Virus record (IMG/VR): IMGVR_UViG_3300045988_036631
Span: 1-44,213 of that record
Strand: one strand, 5' to 3'
DNA: 44,213 bases
Source: a virus
Shown here one piece after another: positions 1 through 7,573 of the stretch (position 1 is the first letter of the stretch; every line of letters starts with the position of its first letter). The notes beneath the pieces are model-generated. The model had not been told where the DNA came from. It did not search any database and saw only the letters and a list, made by a program, of their open reading frames with translations. Both the position numbers and the translations under genes were made by a program.

Positions 1-99
1 CTTGCTTCCGTCAACGGGCGGGCATTTGCCTTGCAAAACATATTCGCGCCAAAAGTAGTCCTCGGCGGAGATGAGCGCCTTGATCTGGTCTTCGTTCTC
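1..99. repeat. Terminal direct repeat, identical to 44115-44213; indicates a circular or closed contig
   Basis: The string cttgcttccgtcaacgggcgggcatttgcc...ttcgttctc is read identically at both window ends (99 bp). Confidence 0.95.
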
Positions 100-624
100 T
101 CTGCGCTTGAAGCTGTATGTATACATTCCGCGCCCGATGACCAGTACAACGAGCTTCCATTCGTCCCAACCCGTGACCGCGAGGTAGTGCATGCACTGAG
201 CGTAGTACCAAGGGTTAATATCCCCTCCAGCAAAATCGGTCTTTGTGAAAGAGGATGTCGTCTTGATCTCAACGCCGATCCGCTTACCCTTGACGCGGCG
301 GTCGATGTTCGCCAGCATGTAGGGATGCTCGATGCTCTGCATCATCTGATTGCACCTGACGATGTTCAGACCGCTCTCTTCGGCGTATCGCCTCGCCACA
401 TGGTCTTCCAGCACGTTTCCGAGCCAGATTGCTTCGCTCTCGCTCTCTTCTTGCGGCTCGTCCGCGCTGGTCTTATCCACCCAGACTGTGAGCGGCGACG
501 AGAACGGGTTCAAACCGATGATCGCGGCTGCATCGCTTCCACCGATACCGGCTTTTCGAGCTGCGAGCCATTCTGCGCGGCTCATGTTGCGCGTGTCCTT
601 GTACACGGTGTAGATTTCTTTCAT
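1..624 (-). CDS. YqaJ / lambda-Exo-type recombination exonuclease, N-terminal 208 codons; continues across the junction into 43785-44114
   Basis: My translation from ATG at 624: MKEIYTVYKDTRNMSRAEWLAARKAGIGGSDAAAIIGLNPFSSPLTVW...GVEIKTT...YYAQCMHYLAVTG. These are YqaJ PD-(D/E)XK motifs. The frame joins exactly with ORF 43785..44150, and the gene lies directly upstream of recT. Confidence 0.9.
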   Translation of the reverse strand, partial: MKEIYTVYKDTRNMSRAEWLAARKAGIGGSDAAAIIGLNPFSSPLTVWVDKTSADEPQEESESEAIWLGNVLEDHVARRYAEESGLNIVRCNQMMQSIEHPYMLANIDRRVKGKRIGVEIKTTSSFTKTDFAGGDINPWYYAQCMHYLAVTGWDEWKLVVLVIGRGMYTYSFKRRENEDQIKALISAEDYFWREYVLQGKCPPVDGSK

Positions 625-626
625 TT

Positions 627-851
627 TCAGACTGCCTCCGCAAACGTCCATCCGGTGCCGAGCAGCTCAAGCCACTCTGTCGTGCTGATGCTGTCGGCGC
701 AATCCTCACACAAAACCTTGTTGCCGATCTCCGCGATTTTGTCGCCCTCATAGATCGCCGTCTTGCATCTGCTGCACTGACATACAGGGACATCGGGTTC
801 GGCGTTCGGGCAACTGCTCAAACACGGGAAGCTGTGGCAGATATCACACAT
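627..851 (-). CDS. Small Cys-rich (zinc-ribbon-like) protein, 74 aa
   Basis: Internal start MCDICHSFPC...CQCSRCKTAIYEGD...LCEDCAD of track ORF 627..1019. The ATG overlaps the upstream stop (ATGTGTGA coupling). Confidence 0.55.
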   Translation of the reverse strand: MCDICHSFPCLSSCPNAEPDVPVCQCSRCKTAIYEGDKIAEIGNKVLCEDCADSISTTEWLELLGTGWTFAEAV

Positions 852-1008
852 TCTTCTTTCCCTCCTTGTCCTTGTCCATTTCCGCGAGGATGCAGCACAC
901 CAGCAGCAGCGCCGCACCGACCACGCCAACTGCCAGCGCATACGCAAGCACCATGCCCAGCCCCTCAAGCAGCCGGGCGAAGAAACCGATAAACTGCGCT
1001 TTAAGCAT
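844..1008 (-). CDS. Small membrane protein, 54 aa
   Basis: MLKAQFIGFFARLLEGLGMVLAYALAVGVVGAALLLVCCILAE... is hydrophobic. AAGGATGG RBS lies 8 nt upstream of the ATG at 1008. Confidence 0.5.
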   Translation of the reverse strand: MLKAQFIGFFARLLEGLGMVLAYALAVGVVGAALLLVCCILAEMDKDKEGKKNV

Positions 1009-1102
1009 TGATATTCCATCCTTTCCGTGGTACAATAATCATGTCATTTTTTTGTTTGTCTCTCTGTGCCGTTCCGCGCTGCAACGCGGGGCGGTTCTTT
1101 TT

Positions 1103-1372
1103 TTACCTTGCGATTCTCAGGCGCGGGAGTTCCACGCCGTCGAAACCCGCTTGATACTCAAGCCCCTCGGCTTGCATCAGCTCGTAGAGCCTTCGCTCTT
1201 CGCGCTTGGTCAGCGTCTCCGGGTGGTTGATCCGGTTATAGAGTGTCTTTGTTGAGATTCCAAGGTTCAGCGCCAGCTCGGCTTTGCTCATGCCGGACAC
1301 TCCGCAGAGCTGACCAACCTGCCGCCGGAAGAGATCGTCTTCCGCGTTCCAATTCCGCTGGCGCTTTTTCAT
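1103..1372 (-). CDS. HTH DNA-binding early regulator, 89 aa
   Basis: GMSKAELALNLGISTKTLYNRI helix-turn-helix. AAGGAGG RBS before ATG 1372. Follows the cro-like gene. Confidence 0.7.
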   Translation of the reverse strand: MKKRQRNWNAEDDLFRRQVGQLCGVSGMSKAELALNLGISTKTLYNRINHPETLTKREERRLYELMQAEGLEYQAGFDGVELPRLRIAR

Positions 1373-1374
1373 GG

Positions 1375-1572
1375 TCAAACCTCCTTATCGAAGAATTGCG
1401 TCCAGTCAACATTCAATGCGTGAGCAATCTTTTTCGCTGTGTCAACCGTAGGGTCGCACAGCCCGCACTCGATTTGCCAGTAGGATGGCTGAGAAATGCC
1501 GGCCATTTCGGCAATGTCTTTTTGCCTCAGCCCTTTCTCGATGCGGATATCCTTTAGCCACTGTCTAATCAC
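1375..1572 (-). CDS. Cro-like XRE-family HTH regulator, 65 aa
   Basis: KGLRQKDIAEMAGISQPSYWQIECG HTH. GTG start with GGTGAT RBS. Divergent from the repressor gene. Confidence 0.85.
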   Translation of the reverse strand: MIRQWLKDIRIEKGLRQKDIAEMAGISQPSYWQIECGLCDPTVDTAKKIAHALNVDWTQFFDKEV

Positions 1573-1720
1573 TTTATCACCTGCCTTAGCTATCGGTTAT
1601 TTTCTTAGCTCATGCCTATTATATCATAGCTCAAGGCTATTGTAAATAGTTTTCAACTATTTTTTTATTCTTTACCAAGATAGTTTTTAGCTATATAATG
1701 ATGTAAAGGAGGGCTGAAAA
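1573..1720. promoter_or_regulatory. Divergent lysis/lysogeny switch: two sigma70-like promoters plus TAGCT-type operator repeats
   Basis: Minus-strand promoter: TTTACA (1641-1646 rc), 17 nt spacer, TATAAT (1618-1623 rc). The palindrome ATAGCTCAAGGCTAT (1626-1640) fills that spacer. Plus-strand promoter: TTTACC 1671-1676, 17 nt spacer, TATAAT 1694-1699. TTAGCT motifs at 1586, 1605 and 1687. Confidence 0.7.
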
Positions 1721-2083
1721 ATGAACAGAATCAAACAATGCAGAGAAAAGTCAAACCTTAGTCAAAAATACGTTGCCGTTGCTCTCGGCGTAGCTGCACC
1801 TTCTGTTAGCAACTGGGAAAGTGGGAAGACAAAACCCTCGATGGATAATTATGTTAATCTAGCGAAACTTTTCGGCGTTTCCGTCGAATATCTGCTAGGC
1901 GTGGCGGACAAGGACGAAAGTGAAGAAAAAACTCCCACCGCTACTAGCGATGGGAGTAATAAAGAATATCAAGATGTTTTTAATCTCCTGAATAATTGGA
2001 ATCGTCAACGTGCTCTTGACTTCGCAAAAGGTCTTTTAACAGCTCAAGAAGAAGCTCCTTCTGGTGAGAATTCAGTTTATTAA
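1721..2083 (+). CDS. CI-like XRE-family repressor, 120 aa, no S24 peptidase domain
   Basis: SNLSQKYVAVALGVAAPSVSNWESGKTKPSMDNYVNLAKLFGVSVEYLLG. AAAGGAGGG RBS. Divergent from the cro-like gene. Confidence 0.85.
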   Translation: MNRIKQCREKSNLSQKYVAVALGVAAPSVSNWESGKTKPSMDNYVNLAKLFGVSVEYLLGVADKDESEEKTPTATSDGSNKEYQDVFNLLNNWNRQRALDFAKGLLTAQEEAPSGENSVY

Positions 2084-2183
2084 CTACTTTCATAAAATCG
2101 CTCGTCAGCACTTCGTTTTCATTCTTCACAAAAATCACCTCATTATAATAGTCGAAGGAGTCTGTGCTCATGTCTCGCATCAA
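1980..2183 (-). CDS. Questionable 67-aa ORF, convergent with and overlapping the repressor 3' end
   Basis: Track ORF only. The overlap with 1721..2083 is 104 nt antisense. No clear RBS. Confidence 0.2.
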   Translation of the reverse strand: MMRDMSTDSFDYYNEVIFVKNENEVLTSDFMKVVNKLNSHQKELLLELLKDLLRSQEHVDDSNYSGD

Positions 2184-2339
2184 TTCGGTTTATTACTTAC
2201 CTTCTCCGGCGGCGGCATCTCAAACGGATTTCGCGGTTGAGATGCTACTACAATAATAATAATTATCATCGATATTCCCTCCATTGCTTACATTATATTC
2301 ATGTTGGAGGGTTAAAAGAATAGAAAGAGGGTTAAGAAA

Positions 2340-3149
2340 ATGAAAAGAATCGTTGCTCTGTTGGCTCTGATGTTTGCTCTTCTTCCCGTGCACGTCACGG
2401 CTGAGAACGAGATCGACCCGAAGGATTGCATACCGTTCCCGGCTGACTGTAAAAAAGCGGATGTCGCCATGGCTGCTCTGTATGCCGTTGATATCCCCAA
2501 CCCCCAGAATTACGAATGGAGTTCAAACACGGAAGATTTGCATTTCACGGAAGACGGAGTTTTTTCGCTCTTGGGTGAAAAAGGTACATTAACAGGCGTT
2601 CCGAAGGACGGAAGCGGAAAAACGATTAAAATTTCTGTGTCAGCCCCCATACCCTTTTTCAGCTCGAAGAATATCGTTGTCGATTCGCCGGAAGGCGAAG
2701 AATTGTTAGTCCGTACCGGCGGCGGATTTATTATGGTAGGCACAAGCGGCGACGACTGCTTCACCAGCGAAGAGATTGAGGGAAGAAAATATGGTTTTGC
2801 TGATGCGTACCGAATCATGCCCAAAAAAGAGGGCAAGGGCGCAATCATCTACACGATAAACATGAGCAAGAAATACAAGATCAACATCACGGTCAAAAAG
2901 TCCGCGCTCATGTCTGAAGAGGAACGGCAAGCCCTGATAGAAAAGGCCGGGGAGAACGCAAAAATTGTTATCGCGGAAAAGAACGTGAACGTCCGCGCTG
3001 ATGCGTCCGCTGATGCCGAGAAGGTCGGAAGCATCAAGGCCGGTGATGAAGTGATCGTCACCCAGCCGTACTATACGAAAAAGTGGCACCAGATTCTCTA
3101 TGACGGCGAGCTGTGCTATGTTTCGGCAAGCTATCTTAATGTCAAATAA
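2340..3149 (+). CDS. Secreted protein with C-terminal SH3b-like domain (moron)
   Basis: Signal peptide MKRIVALLALMFALLPVHVTA/ENE. C-terminus NVNVRADASADAEKVGSIKAGDEVIVTQ...WHQILYDGELCYVSASYL is SH3_3-like. Locally lower GC. Confidence 0.75.
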   Translation: MKRIVALLALMFALLPVHVTAENEIDPKDCIPFPADCKKADVAMAALYAVDIPNPQNYEWSSNTEDLHFTEDGVFSLLGEKGTLTGVPKDGSGKTIKISVSAPIPFFSSKNIVVDSPEGEELLVRTGGGFIMVGTSGDDCFTSEEIEGRKYGFADAYRIMPKKEGKGAIIYTINMSKKYKINITVKKSALMSEEERQALIEKAGENAKIVIAEKNVNVRADASADAEKVGSIKAGDEVIVTQPYYTKKWHQILYDGELCYVSASYLNVK

Positions 3150-3219
3150 GCAAAAATCCGCTACTAATCGCTTGAGATAAAAGCAAGCGTACAAAAAATC
3201 AAAATGGAGGCATTTAACC

Positions 3220-3609
3220 ATGAAAAAGAAGATTGCTATCGTATTGGCGGGCATGATGCTATCTGCCGGGGTTGCAATGGCCGACGTTGATCTAAAGAGC
3301 ATGTCCTTTGATGAGCTTGTCGATTTACAAAGTCAAATCCTCGAAGAAGCTGTAAGCCGTGAAGAATTTAAGTGCGTATCCGTCCCCGCTGGTGAATACA
3401 CCGTTGGTGTTGATATTCCGGCAGGAGACTATACTATTGCGAGCAACACAAAAAGTTCCATGGTAACGCTTTACGTGAACGGCTTTGAATCCGCATATTA
3501 TCTGACAAGCACAGACCCGGTAGTCGGCAAACTCTCCCTCGAAGATGGGGATATCGTCTCAACGTCCGGCACGTTGGATTTCTCCACCTATAAGGGGCTT
3601 GGTTTTTAA
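3220..3609 (+). CDS. Secreted small protein (moron), 129 aa
   Basis: Signal peptide MKKKIAIVLAGMMLSAGVAMA/DVD. Repeated GEYTVGVDIPAGDYTI motif. GGAGG RBS. Confidence 0.7.
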   Translation: MKKKIAIVLAGMMLSAGVAMADVDLKSMSFDELVDLQSQILEEAVSREEFKCVSVPAGEYTVGVDIPAGDYTIASNTKSSMVTLYVNGFESAYYLTSTDPVVGKLSLEDGDIVSTSGTLDFSTYKGLGF

Positions 3610-3674
3610 TCGCTTGGAACGGAAACAAGCGATGTTTTGTCGACGTCGGCAAAACATCGGGTCGCGCTGAGCGA

Positions 3675-3708
3675 CAAAAAAGGCGCGTCCTGATGGGCGC
3701 GTCTTTTT
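3675..3708. terminator. Bidirectional intrinsic terminator between convergent genes
   Basis: aaaaaa-GGCGCGTCC-tgat-GGGCGCGTC-ttttt hairpin (with G-U pairs), flanked by A and T runs. Confidence 0.6.
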
Positions 3709-3711
3709 GGT

Positions 3712-3966
3712 TTAAGCTCGACAGCAACAAAGTCCATAATCAGCGGAAGTCAACAGCTTGAAGCAGTTTTCGATGCGGAATAGATCAACTGCCCGTTCAA
3801 AAGCGATTTTCTTCTGCTCCTGCGTCAAGTCTTCGGGAAGACCTTTCAGACAATCGCGCAAATTTTCGACAATCGCAAGTACAATCGTGTTTTCCTCTAC
3901 TTCATTTTCCAGCCGGTCGAGCTTTGTTTCTGTCCTACATACAAATAGCTTGGATGTGTCGCTCAT
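3712..3966 (-). CDS. Hypothetical protein, 84 aa, divergent from int
   Basis: Internal ATG of track ORF 3712..4005 with GGTGATAGG RBS. MSDTSKLFVCRTETKLDRLENEVEE... No recognisable motif. Confidence 0.45.
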   Translation of the reverse strand: MSDTSKLFVCRTETKLDRLENEVEENTIVLAIVENLRDCLKGLPEDLTQEQKKIAFERAVDLFRIENCFKLLTSADYGLCCCRA

Positions 3967-4049
3967 CCTATCACCGCCTTTCTGCTTTTTAGTATATTCA
4001 GCCATTCGCAGAATATACTATCAAATAATTATCAAAAGGGGGATTTTTT

Positions 4050-5159
4050 ATGGCAAAAGCAAAAAAGCTACCGTCCGGGAACTGGCGAACACAGGTTTAC
4101 CTCGGCAAGGATGCCGCCGGAAAGCCAATCGTTGAATCCTTCACCGCCTCGACCGCCCGCGAATCTGAGCGTCTCGCCGCCGTCGCTGCTGCCGATCACA
4201 AACGGAAGAAGAAGCAAACGCTGACGCTTGGTCAGGCAATGGACGAGTTTATAGACACGTGCAGGGTACAAGGCTATTCGCCGTCCACGCTGAGGGGATA
4301 TGTCACCATCCGCAAAAACAGCTTCCTGTCGCTGGTCAATGTGAAGCTCGATCAAATCACGCCCCGCGATGTGCAAAAGGCACTTGACGACCGAGCGCGG
4401 GCGCACACGCCGAAGACGGTCAGAAATGACTATTTCTTACTCAAAACGATTTTGGAAAAAAACGTTCCCGATCTACAGCTTAATGGAATCGTCCTCGCAA
4501 AGCTCAAGCGGAAAAAGAAGCAGCTCTTTTCCGAAAAGTGGGCGGGCGACGTTCTCCGCTACGTCGCGGAACGCTGGGAGACGGATTTTTACCTCTACTG
4601 CTGCTTCATCATCAGCGCGGGCTTGCGCCCCTCTGAGGCGTATGCTCTGACGTGGGGGGATTTGTCCGCGTCTCCCATTGACGCGCTGGATTCGAGCGGC
4701 AGGACGTACAGGATCGGCACAATCAACATTGACAAGGCGATCGTTCGCGGCGAAAAGGGGTTCCAGCCCAAAGGGACGAAAAGCGACGCGGGAGAGCGCG
4801 TCCTGCGCGTTGACTGGTCTTTCTTTGAAAACCTTTACGACGCAAAGCCACGAGGAAAAGACGACGAACAGGTTTTCCAGATGAAGCCCAGCCGCGTTAT
4901 TTACAGATGGGATATCACGCGCAAAGACCTAGGACTGCCGGAAACCATGCGCTTTTACGACCTGCGCCACTTCTTCGCAACGTCCGTCGCATACTCCGGC
5001 GCATCCGAGGAAGAACTTGCCCGCGTCATGGGTCATTCCACATCCGCTTTCTCCCATCAGGTGTACGTCGAGCTTTTCCGTGAACGGCAGGATGAAATCA
5101 ACGCCAAAATGGCGGCGGGAACAGCCGCCTTGTACGGGTCTGTTTCGGCTAAAAAATAG
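4050..5159 (+). CDS. int: Tyrosine recombinase / phage integrase
   Basis: C-terminal catalytic pattern RFYDLRHFFATSVAYSG...LARVMGHSTSAFSHQVYVE (R..HxxR..H..Y). N-terminal SAM-like arm. Adjacent to attP. Confidence 0.95.
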   Translation: MAKAKKLPSGNWRTQVYLGKDAAGKPIVESFTASTARESERLAAVAAADHKRKKKQTLTLGQAMDEFIDTCRVQGYSPSTLRGYVTIRKNSFLSLVNVKLDQITPRDVQKALDDRARAHTPKTVRNDYFLLKTILEKNVPDLQLNGIVLAKLKRKKKQLFSEKWAGDVLRYVAERWETDFYLYCCFIISAGLRPSEAYALTWGDLSASPIDALDSSGRTYRIGTINIDKAIVRGEKGFQPKGTKSDAGERVLRVDWSFFENLYDAKPRGKDDEQVFQMKPSRVIYRWDITRKDLGLPETMRFYDLRHFFATSVAYSGASEEELARVMGHSTSAFSHQVYVELFRERQDEINAKMAAGTAALYGSVSAKK

Positions 5160-5171
5160 CCGTTTTCGGGC

Positions 5172-5415
5172 ATCATTTCACACGAAAATTCACACGTCAA
5201 GTCGAAAATCTTTGTATTCTTTGATTTTTTATGTTGGTTCGTCGGGTTCGACCCCCGCCACCGGCACCACGTGTGAAATCCAGAAGCCACAAAGGTTTCT
5301 GGATTTTTTCTTTTGTACTCTGGTTTTTCGCGTGTAAAAATATACTTGTTTCGTGTACGTCTTTCCCTGACGAGTGCAATCATTTTCAAAATCATTTCAC
5401 ACGATAATTCACACG
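5172..5415. other. attP region: tRNA 3'-end-like core flanked by arm-type repeats
   Basis: Core 5241-5269, TCGGG-TTCGACC-CCCGC-CACCGGC-A-CCA, reads as T-arm plus acceptor 3' strand plus CCA. Direct 25-mers atcatttcacacga(a/t)aattcacacg at 5172-5196 and 5391-5415 (1 mismatch). Inverted copy cgtgtgaaat at 5270-5279. Confidence 0.75.
5278..5310 (+). terminator. Intrinsic terminator downstream of int
   Basis: ATCCAGAA-gccacaaagg-TTCTGGAT followed by TTTTT. Confidence 0.7.
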
Positions 5416-5418
5416 CAA

Positions 5419-5451
5419 AGAGGCCGAGGGTTTGCCCCCGACCTCTTTTTT
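5419..5451. terminator. Hairpin terminator at the end of the minus-strand accessory operon
   Basis: AGAGGCCGAGGG-tttg-CCCCCGACCTCT (10 of 12 pairs), flanked by AAA and TTTTTT. Confidence 0.55.
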
Positions 5452-5770
5452 ATGCTTTGCGCGTTTTCAGCTTTCGGATGGCCGCCGCGTATGCTTTCGG
5501 CGCGACGATCTGCAAGCCCTGAATCGTGTCTTCCAGCGCATCGACAAGCTCAGCGGATGACAAGCCTGCACATGCGGCGCGGAACTCGCTTTCCGGCTCT
5601 GCCGCCATCGAGTACGCCGAAACGGGCGCTTCCCTCACATCCTGCACAGATTCGCTCGCCATGTGCGCCCGGAGACCGTACAGCACCGCCAGACGTTCAG
5701 CGTCTTTCACGCTCGTCCCTTCGCGCTTGATTTTGGTGATGGTTTCGTCGATCTCTTTCAGGTCGATCAA
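5450..5770 (-). CDS. Hypothetical protein, 106 aa
   Basis: Track ORF. Coupled downstream of 5787..6155. No motif recognised. Confidence 0.55.
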   Translation of the reverse strand: MIDLKEIDETITKIKREGTSVKDAERLAVLYGLRAHMASESVQDVREAPVSAYSMAAEPESEFRAACAGLSSAELVDALEDTIQGLQIVAPKAYAAAIRKLKTRKA

Positions 5771-5786
5771 TGCTGCTCACCGCCCG

Positions 5787-6155
5787 TCAGGCGTTGCGCA
5801 GCTCGTCCATTGCGCGGCGGATGATTTCGCGCTGTTCGCCGGTTGCGTCGCGCATGATCTCTTCCATTTTGCGCATCATGCTTTCGCGCCCGTCGTCGCG
5901 GCTGTAATGCCCGCGCACATAATGTTCGCCGCGCCGGTCGTTGCGTCCATAGCTTCCGCGCACGTCAGCACGCCACTCCGCGCTGTTACTGTAGCCCTCG
6001 TCCTCAAGGATTTCGATTTTGTCAATATTCTTGATGGTGTCGGTCAGCTTATGGACGGTTTCGAGGTCGCCGGGGTTCATGTCGCGCTTGGCGGCGATTT
6101 TGTCCAGCTCATCGCAAAGCATATCGCGCAAGTCGCGCATCGCTTTCATGCTCAT
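5787..6155 (-). CDS. Hypothetical charged protein, 122 aa
   Basis: ATG at 6155 with AGAAAGGAG RBS. R/D/E/Y-rich centre GSYGRNDRRGEHYVRGHYSRDDGRE. Confidence 0.55.
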   Translation of the reverse strand: MSMKAMRDLRDMLCDELDKIAAKRDMNPGDLETVHKLTDTIKNIDKIEILEDEGYSNSAEWRADVRGSYGRNDRRGEHYVRGHYSRDDGRESMMRKMEEIMRDATGEQREIIRRAMDELRNA

Positions 6156-6169
6156 ATTTTTCTCCTTTC

Positions 6170-6592
6170 TCACGCCTGCCGCGTGACGATCAGGTTTGCG
6201 TTGGCAACGTCAATCGCTTGCGCACTGGTGTTTTTCAGCGCGACGGTTACGCAGCATCCGCGCGGCACATCGACAAATGCGGAGACGGAGACGTTGAAAT
6301 AGTTTTCGACCGCCGCAGGGGTGACGATAGCGACGGCACTATTCAGCGGCTCGCCGTTTATGGTCAGCGCAACGGAGATCGCTCCAACCGTTCCACCGGT
6401 CGGAATGGCAATGTTCCCGGTGAAGTCCACAAAGTACCGTGCTCGGCACTGGTTTGTCAGGCCGCGAAGTGTTACGATTCCCGCGCCCTCTCGATGGACG
6501 ATGCACGGAGAGCCGCAAATCGGCGTTTCGGTCAGCGGTAGATTCTGGCCAGCCGCGACAAGTGCCGTGCTGGCGTTGGTATACTCAGCCAT
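6170..6592 (-). CDS. BclA-C-terminal / C1q-TNF-like jelly-roll domain protein, 140 aa
   Basis: Pattern QNLPL...G..IVH..GAGIVTL...RYFVDFTGNIAIPTGGTVGAISVALTINGEPL......VALKNTSAQAIDVANANLIVTRQA resembles the BclA C-terminal domain. GAAAGGAG RBS. Confidence 0.5.
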   Translation of the reverse strand: MAEYTNASTALVAAGQNLPLTETPICGSPCIVHREGAGIVTLRGLTNQCRARYFVDFTGNIAIPTGGTVGAISVALTINGEPLNSAVAIVTPAAVENYFNVSVSAFVDVPRGCCVTVALKNTSAQAIDVANANLIVTRQA

Positions 6593-6610
6593 AGATTATC
6601 TCCTTTCATA

Positions 6611-6640
6611 AGAAACGGCGGGACACATTCGCCCCGCCGT
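6611..6640 (-). terminator. Intrinsic terminator after the 273-aa gene
   Basis: Minus strand: ACGGCGGG-gcgaatgtgt-CCCGCCGT-TTCTT. Confidence 0.7.
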
Positions 6641-6706
6641 CGTTGCAGAATCAGCTCGGGGCTGAACAGCTCGGTCGCGCCGAACAGTTGCATCTCTTAT
6701 GCGATT

Positions 6707-7528
6707 TTAGCAGTTACAACCGGCGTTGGCAGCGCAGCCGTAACCGTATACGCCCGTGTAGGGGTTCGGCACCTGATACGCGGGGACAGCGACGGGCTGA
6801 CGCAGCGCGTTAATGATCTGCGCCGTCTGCGCTCCCATCTCCGTGGTCAACAGTGCGGACTGACGATCCTGCGACGCAGCGCGGCGAAGATCGGTGTTTT
6901 CCGCCTGCAACGTTGCAATCTTGTCCTGCGTGAGGAAGTCGAGAATCGCGCGGCTGTTGGCGTTCTGGTTGTCGATCACGTCGCGGGTGTTGTTGTTGAG
7001 CGTGTTCTGGATGGCGCAGAATCCCTGCTGCATCTGGTTTCGCGTGTCGCAAGCCTGAGTAGCGAGGTTGTAATTCACGCCCTGAATCGCTTCGCGCGTC
7101 TCGCAGCAACAGTTAGCCTGCTGCATCTGCATTGCGAAGAGCTGCTGCATGAGCGCCGCCTGCTGGTTCGCGCGGGAAAGCTCCGCCGCGCTGAAACCGC
7201 TATTGACGGCGTTGGTGATGGCGTAGGTGCTGTCACAAAGCCCGTTCTGGATAGCGCGAATGCCGCTGTCAATGCCGTTGATGGCAAAGCCTTCGTTGAT
7301 GTCCGCGCGGGTCGCGTAGCCCTGGAAGCCCGGAGAATTTGCGCCGTTGTTGCCGAAGCCGCCGCCCCAGCCCATGCCGCCCCAGCCGCAGAACATGAAG
7401 AGGAACAGAACGATGATACACCACGCGCCGTTCCCGTCTCCAAACATGCCGCCGTTGTTGCGATTTCCGCCCGTTACCGCCGCGATATCGGCAGGGGTCA
7501 TTTCAGAGGTAGTCAAAGACATTTTCAC
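6707..7528 (-). CDS. Membrane-anchored Gly-rich / Gln-Asn-rich Cys-containing protein with double-glycine-leader-like N-terminus, 273 aa
   Basis: N-terminus M(K)MSLTTSEMTPADIAAVTGG / NRNNGGMFGDGNGAWCIIVLFLFMFCGWGGMGWGGGFGNNG. This is followed by a Q/N-rich region with a CCC motif and the tail GYGCAANAGCNC. Alternative ATG at 7522. Confidence 0.65.
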   Translation of the reverse strand: MKMSLTTSEMTPADIAAVTGGNRNNGGMFGDGNGAWCIIVLFLFMFCGWGGMGWGGGFGNNGANSPGFQGYATRADINEGFAINGIDSGIRAIQNGLCDSTYAITNAVNSGFSAAELSRANQQAALMQQLFAMQMQQANCCCETREAIQGVNYNLATQACDTRNQMQQGFCAIQNTLNNNTRDVIDNQNANSRAILDFLTQDKIATLQAENTDLRRAASQDRQSALLTTEMGAQTAQIINALRQPVAVPAYQVPNPYTGVYGYGCAANAGCNC

Positions 7529-7573
7529 ACGTCCTTTCGTTTTTATCGCTAACCGTGCGCACGGATTTAGCCG

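Noticed and set aside
2214-2246. 9-bp-stem hairpin GCATCTCAA...TTGAGATGC as the repressor-gene terminator.
   Set aside because: There is no T-run on either side and it lies 130 nt past the repressor stop. It is mentioned only in the context of the antisense ORF.
5057-5395. Track ORFs crossing the attP region (5057..5395, 5197..5379, 5017..5337, 5313..5522).
   Set aside because: They overlap the integrase 3' end, the tRNA-like core, a terminator hairpin and the arm repeats. They have no RBS and an implausible composition.
6646-6706. 55-codon minus-strand ORF starting at ATGCAACTGTTC, plus short CTGTTC/GAGCTG repeats between the 273-aa gene and the BclA-like gene.
   Set aside because: The ORF runs straight through an intrinsic terminator and the RBS and start of the next gene in another frame, and has no RBS of its own. 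The repeats are short and imperfect.
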